Shown here piece after piece: positions 37,896 through 47,826 of a stretch of 51,875 nt of DNA. The notes beneath the pieces were generated by a model. That model was not told where the DNA came from, searched no databases, and saw nothing but the letters and a program-made list of their open reading frames with translations. This stretch comes from Bacteroidetes bacterium MED-G21. GTDB lineage: Bacteria; Bacteroidota; Bacteroidia; Flavobacteriales; UBA7430. The stretch lies in the NCBI GenBank assembly GCA_002457305.1, contig NTKG01000003.1, forward strand, positions 1-51,875, in the 5' to 3' direction. Position 1 is the stretch's first letter, and the number at the start of each line of letters is the position of its first letter. The translations under genes were made by a program, and so were the position numbers.

Positions 37896-38545
37896 TTCTC
37901 TTTTTATTTTCGTTGAAAATTTAGAAGCACTAAAATAGTTAAAATTATTAATGCTTAGCAAAGCTATAATATTATAAATAATTTTTTAATTTATAATTTA
38001 ATAACATTTAACAACTATATATATATAATAACATTCTTTTTATTTAAAAAATATAATAAAATATATAATAATAATAGGCTGTTTATTACTTGTATAATAT
38101 TAAGAGGTTTTATTAGGAAATGTGTTTTATTAAAATTAATAAACATAATTTGGAGGTTTATAAACAGGTATAAGTCAAAATAATCAATAGTATAGGGTAA
38201 AAATTAACAGCTGTTGATAAATTAAAAAAGAAGTTTTAATACAATAAAATATTGTGATTTTTAATGTTAAAAAGCAATTTGAAAACACTAATTACATAGT
38301 GATAAAAAATAAATAAATCACCTTGCCTTTTTGGTATAAATTATTCCTTATAAAAATTATAAATAAAAACAATACATAGTTTTAATAAAGGTTTAACAAA
38401 GAAAAAGAAGAATCAATAAAAGATTGTTAATAAACACCTATTGAATATTAAGGTTTTATAAAAAAATGAACAAAGTTTTTTATAATTGTTGATAAGGAGA
38501 AAAAAGAGGAATAATCATTACATTTGACACTTAAAAGAAGGGGTT
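37896..38545. other. Candidate chromosomal replication origin (oriC)
   Basis: ~650-bp very AT-rich gap between divergent genes; TAA-TAA-TAA-TAG-GC-TGTTTATTA at 38066-38088; box-like TGTTGATAA at 38212 and 38487, TGTTAATAA at 38425, TTATAAACA at 38158. Confidence 0.65.
38519..38526 (+). promoter_or_regulatory. Bacteroidota -7 promoter element for rpiB
   Basis: TACATTTG 19 nt before the ATG. Confidence 0.65.
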
Positions 38546-38977
38546 ATGAAAATAGCAATAGCATCCGACCACGCAGGTGTTGGGTATAAAATACAGTTGG
38601 TTAACTATCTGAAAACAAAAAAGGTTGAAGTAAAAGATTTTGGACCTATGAATGAAGAAAGTGTAGACTACCCGGATTATGCTCATCCCGTAGCTAATGC
38701 AGTAGAAAAAAAAAATACTGATTTAGGTATTTTATTATGTGGTAGCGGAAACGGAATTAATATGAGCGCAAACAAACATCAAGCCGTTCGTTCAGCATTA
38801 TGTTGGAAAAAGGAAATTGCCGAACTCGCTCGTTTACATAATAATGCAAATGTTTTAGCTATGCCCGCTCGTTTTATTTCATATGAAGAAGCACAAGAAA
38901 TAGTAGATATTTTTTTAGAAACAAAATTTGAAGGAGGAAGACACGAAAGAAGGGTAAATAAAATAGCGTGCCCCTAA
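38546..38977 (+). CDS. rpiB: Ribose 5-phosphate isomerase B
   Basis: IASDHAG, SVDYPD, CGSGNG, HNNANVL, FEGGRHERRV. Confidence 0.98.
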   Translation: MKIAIASDHAGVGYKIQLVNYLKTKKVEVKDFGPMNEESVDYPDYAHPVANAVEKKNTDLGILLCGSGNGINMSANKHQAVRSALCWKKEIAELARLHNNANVLAMPARFISYEEAQEIVDIFLETKFEGGRHERRVNKIACP

Positions 38978-38983
38978 AAATCG

Positions 38984-41821
38984 TTACGATCTAAATGCTT
39001 CTGGGTCACAAAAGCGACAAGGTTCTTTTCTATTTTTATGTTCAAAATTAATGTTCGGGTTAAAAATTTCTTTTAACAGATTCTTAAATTCTTTTTCAAA
39101 ATCACTCAATAAATCAGAGTTCAAAAGCTTATTAACCTTCCCATCTTCTTTGAATCCTGCAGGTAAAAAGCCTTTTTTCAAAGATCTGAAACTCACAATA
39201 CCTGTTTCCAATAATTCCTGTTCCGGATACATTTGTTGATACATATAAGCATAGAGGTATAGCTGGAACCCTTTATGGAATTTTTTCTCTCGGATTAATT
39301 TTTCCATATCATCGGTTTGTAATTCATTAAGCTCTACTTTACCTGTTTTATAATCTATAATACGGAGTTGACCGTTGAGTTTATCTATTCGGTCGGCATT
39401 TCCATTTAGCTTGACATTGAAGTCGATTTCCTCGATACAAATTTCGGTTTTGAGATCTTTTTCCAAGCCTTTAATATAAATTTCATTTCCTTTTGAAATT
39501 AATTTTATCTCTTTTTTGATAAAAGAGTGTAAAAATTGTTCGGCTACAGTGTAAATCAGCTTGTTTTTACCCTTGTTGAATATTCCGCTTTTAAACTCTT
39601 CCAAGAAGAGTTCTTTCAGTTTAGCAGGAATTTTAGGCAGCATAGATTTTAGATCTTCTGTGTTGATTTCCCGATTTAAATAGGGGCGGTAAAAATCTTC
39701 TAAAGCACGATGAACAACTGTTCCTAAAGTGTTGGCCTCAATCGTTTCTTTCATTACGGCTGGCTCTTTAATATTTAGTATTTTTTCATAATAAAATTGC
39801 AATGGGCAGTTTTTGTAGGTGTTTAATGAAGAAGGAGAAAACCCTTTATCTGTAGCGATTTCTTTTAATCGTTCTTTAATAACCTCATCTTTTATAATAG
39901 ACAACTCTTTAGGTTCTACTTTTTTTAGTGGATGTGATAAAATCTCTTCGTTAAATTTTATTTCTTCAGGATATTTAAACTGAAGTTCGTTTTCGAGTTG
40001 GGTGATAAACCGACTTTTTTCTCCCGAATTCAATGCGTCAGTTTCGGTATTGTAAACCAAAGTCAGCGATTTGCATCGCTGTGCCAACCTGTAGAAATGA
40101 TAAGCAAAAACAGCGTCTTTATCCATATAAGTAGGTAAACCAGTCTCTTTTCGAATATCGAATGGGATAAAAGAGTGATCACTTTTTCCTGTTGGCAGAA
40201 AACCTTCGTTTGCAGAGAGTAAAATAACGTGTTCAAAATCTAGGTTACGCGTTTCCAGCATTCCCATCAATTGCAAACCGGTAAGCGGCTCTCCGAAAAA
40301 AGAAAGGTTTTCAATTTTTGCACTTTGTTGAAAAAGGTGGTGAAGTGTTTTTAACTCTTGAATAAATCCATATTTATCTTGTAAATTTTTAATTTGGTTA
40401 AAGAGCTTTGCAAAGGCAAAAAGCGACTCCAGATCCAATGAATTTTTTCGTCCTTGTGCAATGATCTCATCTTTGATTAAAGCGGTTAATTTCAATGCAT
40501 TGTCAATAATCTCAAAAGGATTTGAGCTTTGATAATTCAGCAGCGCCTTAATCCAGGGTAAAATATCTGATTCACAAGAATTTAAAATATCTTCTTGTGA
40601 CGGAAACGAGTGGTTTTGTTTTTGTAGACTACTCTTTAGTTTTTCCAGGGATTTAGTGCTTCCTGAATTTTGGAACGCCGGGTGTTGCCATATTTTAAAC
40701 AGATCCTGGTAGTAGAATTTTGTTTTACCGCCACTCAATTTTTCTCTATTGATATGTAATTGAAAGAAGGCATCAAAAAAGGCGTACAGATGTACGTTTC
40801 GCAAGGAATTCCCCATGGTGATGTTTAGTTTGTCAATGGAATTTGGTAAGAATTCCAATACAGGTAAGAGCATTTTTTCGTCTGCCAGCACCAGGGCAAC
40901 ATCTTTTAATTCTTGGTTTTTTGATATAGATTTGTCAAGTAAAGAGCCGGCTAATTGTGCCTGGGCAACACCTTTAGGAACCCCGTAAACAGTTATGTTT
41001 TTTGGTTTTTTCAATTCTGAGCAAACCCAGTTAAATTCACGATTCTCGAATTCCGGCCACTGTTGATATTGTCGTAAATACTTCCCCGCTTCCTGTTTTT
41101 TATCTTTAAGGTAATATTCATCAGCATCCCAAAACACTTCCGCAACATCTTCCGCAATAAGCGTTCGCATAATATGGGCTTCACAAGGATTCATGGCATT
41201 AAACCCGAGATAATAAACAGAAGATTTAAGTGGGTTCTTTTTAGTGATCCATTTTGAAACATGATCCGAAGCTTTTCTATAGGCCATTCCTTGAAATGCG
41301 ATATTTTGTTCTTTTAAGCGTGCTTTAAAATCAGTAAAAAGCAAACCCATTAATTCCCAAAAACGAAGATATTTTTTAACCATTTCACTAGGCTCTCCAC
41401 CTAAAGGAGTCCATGCTTCAATCTTTTTTGCTTGATGGATGTAGTTGAATAATTTTTGAGGTTGCTCGAAATAAGAGTCGATATCGTTGAAGTCGGTAAG
41501 TAGCATAGGCGCCCATTTCAAAAACACTTCAAACGAGTCTTGCTCATCTTTAGGAAATACATTTTGGTAAGAAATATACATTTCAAAAAGCAACTGTGTT
41601 TTATCTATAATGGTAAAACCAGAAAGTTCTTCCAACCACTCTTCAATAGAATAAATTTTAGGCATCCAAAGTGGAACATCGCTTAAGTCAGAAAGAGCTT
41701 GCTTAAAAAATGTCCCAGCTCGTTTACTCGGCAATACAATACTTAGCTCTTCTAGTTGATGCTGTTTTGTACCGTAAATTTTTTTGGCTATTTTATTGAT
41801 AAATTTATCCATACTACACAC
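38984..41821 (-). CDS. AddB-like PD-(D/E)XK nuclease family protein
   Basis: VLPSKRAG, GLQLMGMLETRNLDF, FSPSSLNTYKNCP, GNADRID...IIDYKTG, QLYLY; start may be the ATG at 41812. Confidence 0.88.
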   Translation of the reverse strand: MCSMDKFINKIAKKIYGTKQHQLEELSIVLPSKRAGTFFKQALSDLSDVPLWMPKIYSIEEWLEELSGFTIIDKTQLLFEMYISYQNVFPKDEQDSFEVFLKWAPMLLTDFNDIDSYFEQPQKLFNYIHQAKKIEAWTPLGGEPSEMVKKYLRFWELMGLLFTDFKARLKEQNIAFQGMAYRKASDHVSKWITKKNPLKSSVYYLGFNAMNPCEAHIMRTLIAEDVAEVFWDADEYYLKDKKQEAGKYLRQYQQWPEFENREFNWVCSELKKPKNITVYGVPKGVAQAQLAGSLLDKSISKNQELKDVALVLADEKMLLPVLEFLPNSIDKLNITMGNSLRNVHLYAFFDAFFQLHINREKLSGGKTKFYYQDLFKIWQHPAFQNSGSTKSLEKLKSSLQKQNHSFPSQEDILNSCESDILPWIKALLNYQSSNPFEIIDNALKLTALIKDEIIAQGRKNSLDLESLFAFAKLFNQIKNLQDKYGFIQELKTLHHLFQQSAKIENLSFFGEPLTGLQLMGMLETRNLDFEHVILLSANEGFLPTGKSDHSFIPFDIRKETGLPTYMDKDAVFAYHFYRLAQRCKSLTLVYNTETDALNSGEKSRFITQLENELQFKYPEEIKFNEEILSHPLKKVEPKELSIIKDEVIKERLKEIATDKGFSPSSLNTYKNCPLQFYYEKILNIKEPAVMKETIEANTLGTVVHRALEDFYRPYLNREINTEDLKSMLPKIPAKLKELFLEEFKSGIFNKGKNKLIYTVAEQFLHSFIKKEIKLISKGNEIYIKGLEKDLKTEICIEEIDFNVKLNGNADRIDKLNGQLRIIDYKTGKVELNELQTDDMEKLIREKKFHKGFQLYLYAYMYQQMYPEQELLETGIVSFRSLKKGFLPAGFKEDGKVNKLLNSDLLSDFEKEFKNLLKEIFNPNINFEHKNRKEPCRFCDPEAFRS

Positions 41822-44800
41822 GCTTCAATTTTATAGATTCATCGTTGATATAAACCAAAAGACACTCTTTTACCTTATAACCCATGTTTTCAATTTCAGT
41901 TTTGTATTCCAAAATTTGTTTTTTATGCGTATTGTTTTCCAGGCCAGTTTTATAGTCAATGATGGTCACTTCATTTTCTTTAAAGATTAATCGGTCTGGC
42001 CTAAGAATATTCCCGTTACTTAAAAGAATTTCTTCTTCATTTTTCACCTTCAAACCCTCAGCGAAATAAGGTTTCATTTTAACATTTTTAAGCACTATAT
42101 TTAAGAGGGATCTCATTTCTCCCTCTTCACAGTTGGTAATTAAGCCCAGGCGGAGTGCTTTTTTTAACGCATCATCAAGATCATTTACTGTTTTGATATA
42201 GGATAGAATTTCGTGTACCCTCCGCCCTTTATCAGCCCCTTTTTCCGGATGATTGACTTCCCACATTTTTGGTGCCTGTCGATTAATCTGAAGAATTTTC
42301 GATAAGTCTTTTACAGGTTGCGATGTCGGAATTTTTTTATTTTCTTTTTGTTTATTGTTAGCCGCTTTTACTGTTTTACCGAAGTTGTATTGAGTTTTTC
42401 CATCTTCCCAAAGACCTTTTGATTGTATGAAAGCATCAAAAAAGGTGTTTAAATTTTTACCTCTTTCTTTAGCAGAGGTAAAGATGTATAGCCGTGTTTT
42501 AGGTCGGGTAAGAGCCACGTAAAGCATGTTTAGATTGTCTAGTAGAACTTTTGCTTTATGCTCTTCATAAATAGCTTGTAACTGTTTCGTGCCAGATTTC
42601 AATTTATCATTTAACGGAATTAAGGAGCTTGGTAAACCTTCTAATTCCGGTTCATTTATTTCTACCCAGGATTTTGCATCCCGCTCACTGGTTGCATTCC
42701 AGTTTGCAAAAGGAAAGAGCACCACTGGAAACTCTAAGCCTTTGGATTTATGGATTGTCATTACCTGTACGGCGTTAATACCTTCCGGAATAATTACAGA
42801 CAACTTGTGTGCGTGCTCTTCCCAATAATTTAAAAAACCAAACAAGTCTTGTGAATATTTGTTGCTATATACCCAGACCTCGTCGAGAAAAAACTGCACA
42901 TAAACACGGGCCCTTTTTTCCAATTGAAAGGCTTTGGTAATTTTATGACACAACTCGATGAGTGAAGAGGAGCGCCATTTTAACAGGTCGAAATCGATGA
43001 CAAGCTCTTTTAGAAAAGCATAAAATTTATTTGCAGAACCCTTACACAACGGTTCTATTTTTTCATTCATCATTTCAGGCGACCAGGGGTAAAACGCTTT
43101 TTCATGTAAAAATTCGATGACCTTAAACCGATATCGAGGATGATTAGGCTCGTTTAAAAATCGAAGGAAGTTTAATATAAAACGGATTTCTGTTGATTGT
43201 TCTAATAATAACGATTCAGAAGAAATTACTGGAATATTTTTATCGGAAAGCGTTTTTACAACTAAAGCCCCCTTGGCTTTGGTTCGTGTTAAAATACAGA
43301 TGTCCCCATAGTTAAAACCATCTTTATTTAGTTCTTTGACCGTTTTTAAACAACGACCCAGTTGTAGTTCATCGTGTCCCGCACCATTTTCCAGATATTC
43401 TAAAGAAACATAACCACCATTACCTTTTACCACTTGTGCTTTGAGGTTTATAAAAAGCTCTTTGTATTTTTTATGCTCTATTTGATGAGCGATGGAAGAG
43501 AATAATTCATTGTTGAAATTGACCACCTCTGCCCTGGAGCGATAATTGTTTTTGAGAGACAAGTGCTCCATTTTATAAGCTCCTTGCGTGTTTGGATTTA
43601 CTGCTACCTGTTGTAGGTTTATAAATTGGTCTACCTCTCCGCCTCTCCATCGGTAAATGGCTTGTTTTGAATCCCCAACAATCATTACCGAACCGGGTTT
43701 TTGGCCATCTGCAATGGCGTTTTCGATTAAGGGCACTAAGTTATTCCACTGTAATTCGGAGGTGTCTTGAAACTCGTCGATAAAGTAATTAGCGTATCGT
43801 TCACCCAACCTTTCGTAGATGAAATTACCCTCCTCATTTTGTAGTACTTCAGCAATTTTTTTATTGAACTCCCCTATAGGGATGATGTTGTTTTGCTCTT
43901 TGATTTGCTCCATTTCTTTGGAAATCTCGTGTAAGACGGCCACAGAATATAAGTTATGAGCGATTAATTTGAAGTGTACGTATTTTGGGTATTCTTCTAA
44001 AATGTCAATCGCCTTTTTAACTAAAGGATAAAACTTTTCTTGAACCGCATCAATTTGACCAGACACCTCTTTTGGCGCCTTTCCGGAACGCCAACTTTCT
44101 TTTTCTATATTCTTAAGGTTTGAATCACTGGGTTTGTATTTTCCCCAATTTTTAGAACTTAGAAATTCAAAGTATTTTGGCAGACCAGAACGAGCCCCCC
44201 CCGCAAACCAATCGGCCTTTAAGCCGCTGTTTTTACAATCAGAAAGAAACCTTTGACCTATAGTTGAAAGTTCATAATCGATTTTATTCGTGAAGCTTTC
44301 AACTTCTTTTCTTAGTTTAAAGAAGCCGTCTAAACTTAAATCTTTCAAATTTTCGCAATGTACCTGACCGCTTTCTTTTAAAAGTTCCTCGGCGATGGCG
44401 TAAAAGTCTTTTTCTATTAACCAGCTTTTATCATCGGCGGTTTTATTTTGTATAAAACTGACAAATAGTTTTGTCAACTTTTTATTTTCTCCAGCTTTAT
44501 TAATTAATAAATCTACCGCTTGTTTAAGCAATAGCTTATGTTCCATTTCCACTTCAAAATTATTTGGCAAGCCCAAGTCTTGTGCAAATGTTTTAAGTAC
44601 CCTGTGGGTAAATTTATCAATGGTTCCAATGGCAAACCTGGAATAATTATGAAGGATATTCTCAAAGATTAATTGAGCCCTAGATTGAAGCTCTTTTTTT
44701 GCAAGCCCAGTCTCTTCTGCTATTAGCATCATCATATCCAGCTCGGTTTGTTCAGCTTTGTTCGGATCTGAAAAAGCCTTTAAACTCTTTATGATGCGCT

Positions 44801-44966
44801 CCTTCATTTCTGTTGCCGCCTTATTAGTAAACGTAATGGCAAGGATTGCCATAAATTTTTGTGGCGACCCTGCTTTTATACAAACCTTAAGGTATTCCTT
44901 CACCAGAGTGAAAGTTTTACCCGATCCGGCTGATGCACTATATATTTTAAAGGGCGCGCTTTTCAT
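41814..44966 (-). CDS. AddA-like UvrD-family helicase/nuclease
   Basis: ASAGSGKT, AITFTNKAA, IDEFQDTS, VGDSKQAIYRWRGG, MTIHKSKGLEF, YVALTR, RPDRL...IIDYKTG. Confidence 0.92.
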   Translation of the reverse strand: MKSAPFKIYSASAGSGKTFTLVKEYLKVCIKAGSPQKFMAILAITFTNKAATEMKERIIKSLKAFSDPNKAEQTELDMMMLIAEETGLAKKELQSRAQLIFENILHNYSRFAIGTIDKFTHRVLKTFAQDLGLPNNFEVEMEHKLLLKQAVDLLINKAGENKKLTKLFVSFIQNKTADDKSWLIEKDFYAIAEELLKESGQVHCENLKDLSLDGFFKLRKEVESFTNKIDYELSTIGQRFLSDCKNSGLKADWFAGGARSGLPKYFEFLSSKNWGKYKPSDSNLKNIEKESWRSGKAPKEVSGQIDAVQEKFYPLVKKAIDILEEYPKYVHFKLIAHNLYSVAVLHEISKEMEQIKEQNNIIPIGEFNKKIAEVLQNEEGNFIYERLGERYANYFIDEFQDTSELQWNNLVPLIENAIADGQKPGSVMIVGDSKQAIYRWRGGEVDQFINLQQVAVNPNTQGAYKMEHLSLKNNYRSRAEVVNFNNELFSSIAHQIEHKKYKELFINLKAQVVKGNGGYVSLEYLENGAGHDELQLGRCLKTVKELNKDGFNYGDICILTRTKAKGALVVKTLSDKNIPVISSESLLLEQSTEIRFILNFLRFLNEPNHPRYRFKVIEFLHEKAFYPWSPEMMNEKIEPLCKGSANKFYAFLKELVIDFDLLKWRSSSLIELCHKITKAFQLEKRARVYVQFFLDEVWVYSNKYSQDLFGFLNYWEEHAHKLSVIIPEGINAVQVMTIHKSKGLEFPVVLFPFANWNATSERDAKSWVEINEPELEGLPSSLIPLNDKLKSGTKQLQAIYEEHKAKVLLDNLNMLYVALTRPKTRLYIFTSAKERGKNLNTFFDAFIQSKGLWEDGKTQYNFGKTVKAANNKQKENKKIPTSQPVKDLSKILQINRQAPKMWEVNHPEKGADKGRRVHEILSYIKTVNDLDDALKKALRLGLITNCEEGEMRSLLNIVLKNVKMKPYFAEGLKVKNEEEILLSNGNILRPDRLIFKENEVTIIDYKTGLENNTHKKQILEYKTEIENMGYKVKECLLVYINDESIKLKRV

Positions 44967-45132
44967 ACGTACAAGTTTAAGGATTCTTGATTAAATAAAT
45001 TCAGTCTTTAATAGCTTAAAGTGAATAAAGATAAAAACACACAAACGTCTTGATCTGATAATTTAGCCATCTACCTGTTTTGTTTCGATCAGAGTGGATA
45101 TAATAAATAACACAAACAAGCTTAAGGTGTTT

Positions 45133-45148
45133 TTGGCCCGCTTTTTGA
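45133..45148 (+). promoter_or_regulatory. Sigma-54-type -24/-12 promoter
   Basis: TTGGCCCG-CTTT-TTGA vs consensus TGGCACG-N4-TTGC; GG(45135) and GA(45147) are exactly 12 nt apart. Confidence 0.55.
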
Positions 45149-45180
45149 GATATTAATCTTGAAAACTAAAACCGTTACAA

Positions 45181-45327
45181 GTGTCAGACATTATTACCAA
45201 AACATTAGAAGAGGTAAGGAAAAAAGGAAAATTAAAACGAATAGACGTCGTCATTCGATATTTGAAAATGAAATATAAATTAACCCTGACAAAATCTGTT
45301 TTGGAAAAAAGAATAGGAAACTTATAA
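45181..45327 (+). CDS. Small basic hypothetical protein (48 aa), below the ORF-track cutoff
   Basis: GTG start; MSDIITKTLEEVRKKGKLKRIDVVIRYLKMKYKLTLTKSVLEKRIGNL*; amphipathic helical pattern; 32 nt downstream of the sigma-54-like promoter. Confidence 0.65.
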   Translation: MSDIITKTLEEVRKKGKLKRIDVVIRYLKMKYKLTLTKSVLEKRIGNL

Positions 45328-45567
45328 CAACCCTCATTCGAACAGGTTTAATTTTTTTGTACGCCCAACCACAGCCCAACCTAATCTTAGTTAAGCAAAG
45401 AAGCCAATTAAAAATGATTTTAAAACGAAAGGTCTTCGAAAAAATGGCGCAAACAAGAACAAGCTGTTAATTACTTTTAGGTGAAGAAACACAACCAATG
45501 CTCCGATTAGGAGGCGTCAAGGAAAAAAGTAAGCAAACCGTTAATTATAATGTTTTGCTATTAGTTG

Positions 45568-45639
45568 AGGTCGGAACCGGATTCGAACCGGTGTAGACGG
45601 TTTTGCAGACCGCTGCCTAAGCCTCTCAGCCATCCGACC
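45568..45639 (-). tRNA. tRNA-Cys(GCA)
   Basis: Reverse complement GGTCGGATGGCTGAGAGGCTTAGGCAGCGGTCTGCAAAACCGTCTACACCGGTTCGAATCCGGTTCCGACCT; -7 element TACATTTG at 45661-45654. Confidence 0.97.
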
Positions 45640-45707
45640 TTATGTAAGGACAGCAAATGTAACAAATTCAACAGCTTTCACAAATAATATAAAGAGATTT
45701 TGGGCGG

Positions 45708-46064
45708 CTATTTTTTAGCTTCAAGCGTCACGCTTACACGCTTTACCTCTCCATAAATGGGTGCCGCATGCTTTACAACCACGACTTTAGAAGATTCCAC
45801 AGAGCAGAAATCCTGCATCAGGCGCTTAATTATCCTTTGTGCTACGTGTTCAATAAGCTTTGACCTGATAGCCATCTCTTCTTGAACAAGCCGACTAACA
45901 GCAACGTAATCTATCGTGTCGGCAAGTAAATCAGATTTTGCCGAAACACTTAGGTCTGCTTTTAACTCTACATCAACGCTAAACTCTGTTCCAACAACAC
46001 CCTCCTCCTCCAGACACCCATGGTATGCAAAACAACGTATATCTTCTACACGAATAATGCCCAC
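45708..46064 (-). CDS. folB: Dihydroneopterin aldolase
   Basis: AYHGCLEEE, SDLLADTIDY, SKLIEHVA. Confidence 0.96.
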   Translation of the reverse strand: MGIIRVEDIRCFAYHGCLEEEGVVGTEFSVDVELKADLSVSAKSDLLADTIDYVAVSRLVQEEMAIRSKLIEHVAQRIIKRLMQDFCSVESSKVVVVKHAAPIYGEVKRVSVTLEAKK

Positions 46065-46067
46065 GAC

Positions 46068-47609
46068 CTAATTGTTTATAGAGCTTAAAGCAGAGTCAAT
46101 TCTTTTTAGAACTTCCTCTTTACCTAAAAGCGCCGCAATTTCATTCATTGAGGCGCCAGCCCCCAAACCAGTAACAGACAAACGAAAACCAGGCATTACA
46201 ACCCCAAAGCCAAGGTTTTTTGATTCAAGAAAAGACTTAAAACACAGCCCAATGCTTTCTGGGTCGAAAGACGGAAGTTTCTCTAATAAAAGACTTAATT
46301 CATTTATAATTTCTGGCGTTTGCTCTTTCCATTTTTTATTAACCGTTTTCTCATCGTAAGACTTTGGCGCCTCAAAGAAGTAGCGCCCATCATTTAGGAT
46401 GTCTTTAACGAATGTTGCCCGCTCCTTCATTAGGTTACAAACCTGAACAACATAATTGTTTTCTACGTTAAACCCTTCTTTTTTTAGATGGGGGGTTAGC
46501 TGTTTAGCCAGGTCACCACCCGTTTGGTTTCTTAGGTATTGTTGGTTAAACCATTTTGTTTTATCGAAATCAAATTTAGCACCAGCCTTGCCAACACGAT
46601 CCAAAGAGAATGCACCTATTAATTCTTTCATTGTGAATAGCTCTTGGGTTGTGCCAGGGTTCCAACCTAAAAAGGCTAGCATATTATTAAAGGCCTCAGG
46701 ATAGTACCCGCGTTCACGGTATCCAGAAGACTCTTCTCCTGTTTCGGGGTTGGTCCAATTTGTTGGAAAGACAGGAAAGCCGAGTCGATCTCCATCCCTT
46801 TTTGAAAGCTTTCCGTTTCCATCTGGCTTTAAAATAAGGGGAAGGTGCGCAAATTTTGGCATAACACTTTCCCACCCCAAAAACCGATATAATAAAACAT
46901 GTAAGGGAGCTGAAGGCAACCACTCTTCACCGCGGATGACGTGAGAGATACCCATTAGATAGTCGTCAACAACATTTGCTAAGTGATATGTTGGCATTCC
47001 GTCTGACTTAAACAACACTTTGTCATCAAGGTTGTTTGTGTTGACGCTCACCCACCCTCGAATAATGTCTTCAAATTTAACATCCTCGTTGCGAGGCATT
47101 TTAATTCTAATTACGTATTTATCGCCCCGATCAAGCCGTGTTTTAACATCTTTTGCGGGCAGCGTAAGAGAATTTTTCATACCACTACGCGTAACCGCAT
47201 TGTATTGAGGAGAGGCCATCCCCGCGGATTTCATGCGCTCTCGCATTTCTGTTAATTCCTCTGGCGTGTCAAACGCATAATAAGCGTGTTCGGATTCAAT
47301 TAACAGGTCTGCATATTGTCGGTAAATCGCTTTTCGTTCAGATTGTTTGTAGGGTCCCTTTGATCCACCGGCAGAGACTCCTTCGTCAATATGAATACCA
47401 CACCATTTTAGCGCATCAACAATATAATTCTCAGCACCAGCAACAAAACGAGACTGGTCGGTATCTTCTATGCGAAGTAAAAAATCACCTCCATTTTTTT
47501 TAGCAAACAAGTAGTTGTAAAGAGCCGTTCTTACCCCACCTATATGTAAAGGGCCGGTCGGGCTTGGAGCAAATCGCACTCTAACGCGTCGGTTTTCCAT
47601 TTGTGTCAT
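46068..47609 (-). CDS. gltX: Glutamate--tRNA ligase
   Basis: RVRFAPSPTGPLHIGG (HIGH), LRIEDTD, SHVIRGEEW, KLSKR. Confidence 0.99.
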   Translation of the reverse strand: MTQMENRRVRVRFAPSPTGPLHIGGVRTALYNYLFAKKNGGDFLLRIEDTDQSRFVAGAENYIVDALKWCGIHIDEGVSAGGSKGPYKQSERKAIYRQYADLLIESEHAYYAFDTPEELTEMRERMKSAGMASPQYNAVTRSGMKNSLTLPAKDVKTRLDRGDKYVIRIKMPRNEDVKFEDIIRGWVSVNTNNLDDKVLFKSDGMPTYHLANVVDDYLMGISHVIRGEEWLPSAPLHVLLYRFLGWESVMPKFAHLPLILKPDGNGKLSKRDGDRLGFPVFPTNWTNPETGEESSGYRERGYYPEAFNNMLAFLGWNPGTTQELFTMKELIGAFSLDRVGKAGAKFDFDKTKWFNQQYLRNQTGGDLAKQLTPHLKKEGFNVENNYVVQVCNLMKERATFVKDILNDGRYFFEAPKSYDEKTVNKKWKEQTPEIINELSLLLEKLPSFDPESIGLCFKSFLESKNLGFGVVMPGFRLSVTGLGAGASMNEIAALLGKEEVLKRIDSALSSINN

Positions 47610-47826
47610 AAATTAAGAGGCTAAAATTACGAATTATTAAATTGAGGGTTAAAAATATAAAGTTGAAAATAAAACACGAGCAACAAAAAATAATCAAAGC
47701 CTTGCGTTGGGTTATGTCTTCCTGCCACCACCACCACCCAATACCGTCTTTTGTTGTAGGGTTTAGTGGGTATAATCTACTCAGGAAATAAGTAAATAAA
47801 TAAAGAGAATAGTGTATTTTTGTTTT

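Noticed and set aside
38984-44966. Helicase plus nuclease pair as a novel defence system
   Set aside because: Motifs and tandem arrangement match the housekeeping AddAB-type recombination complex of Bacteroidota.
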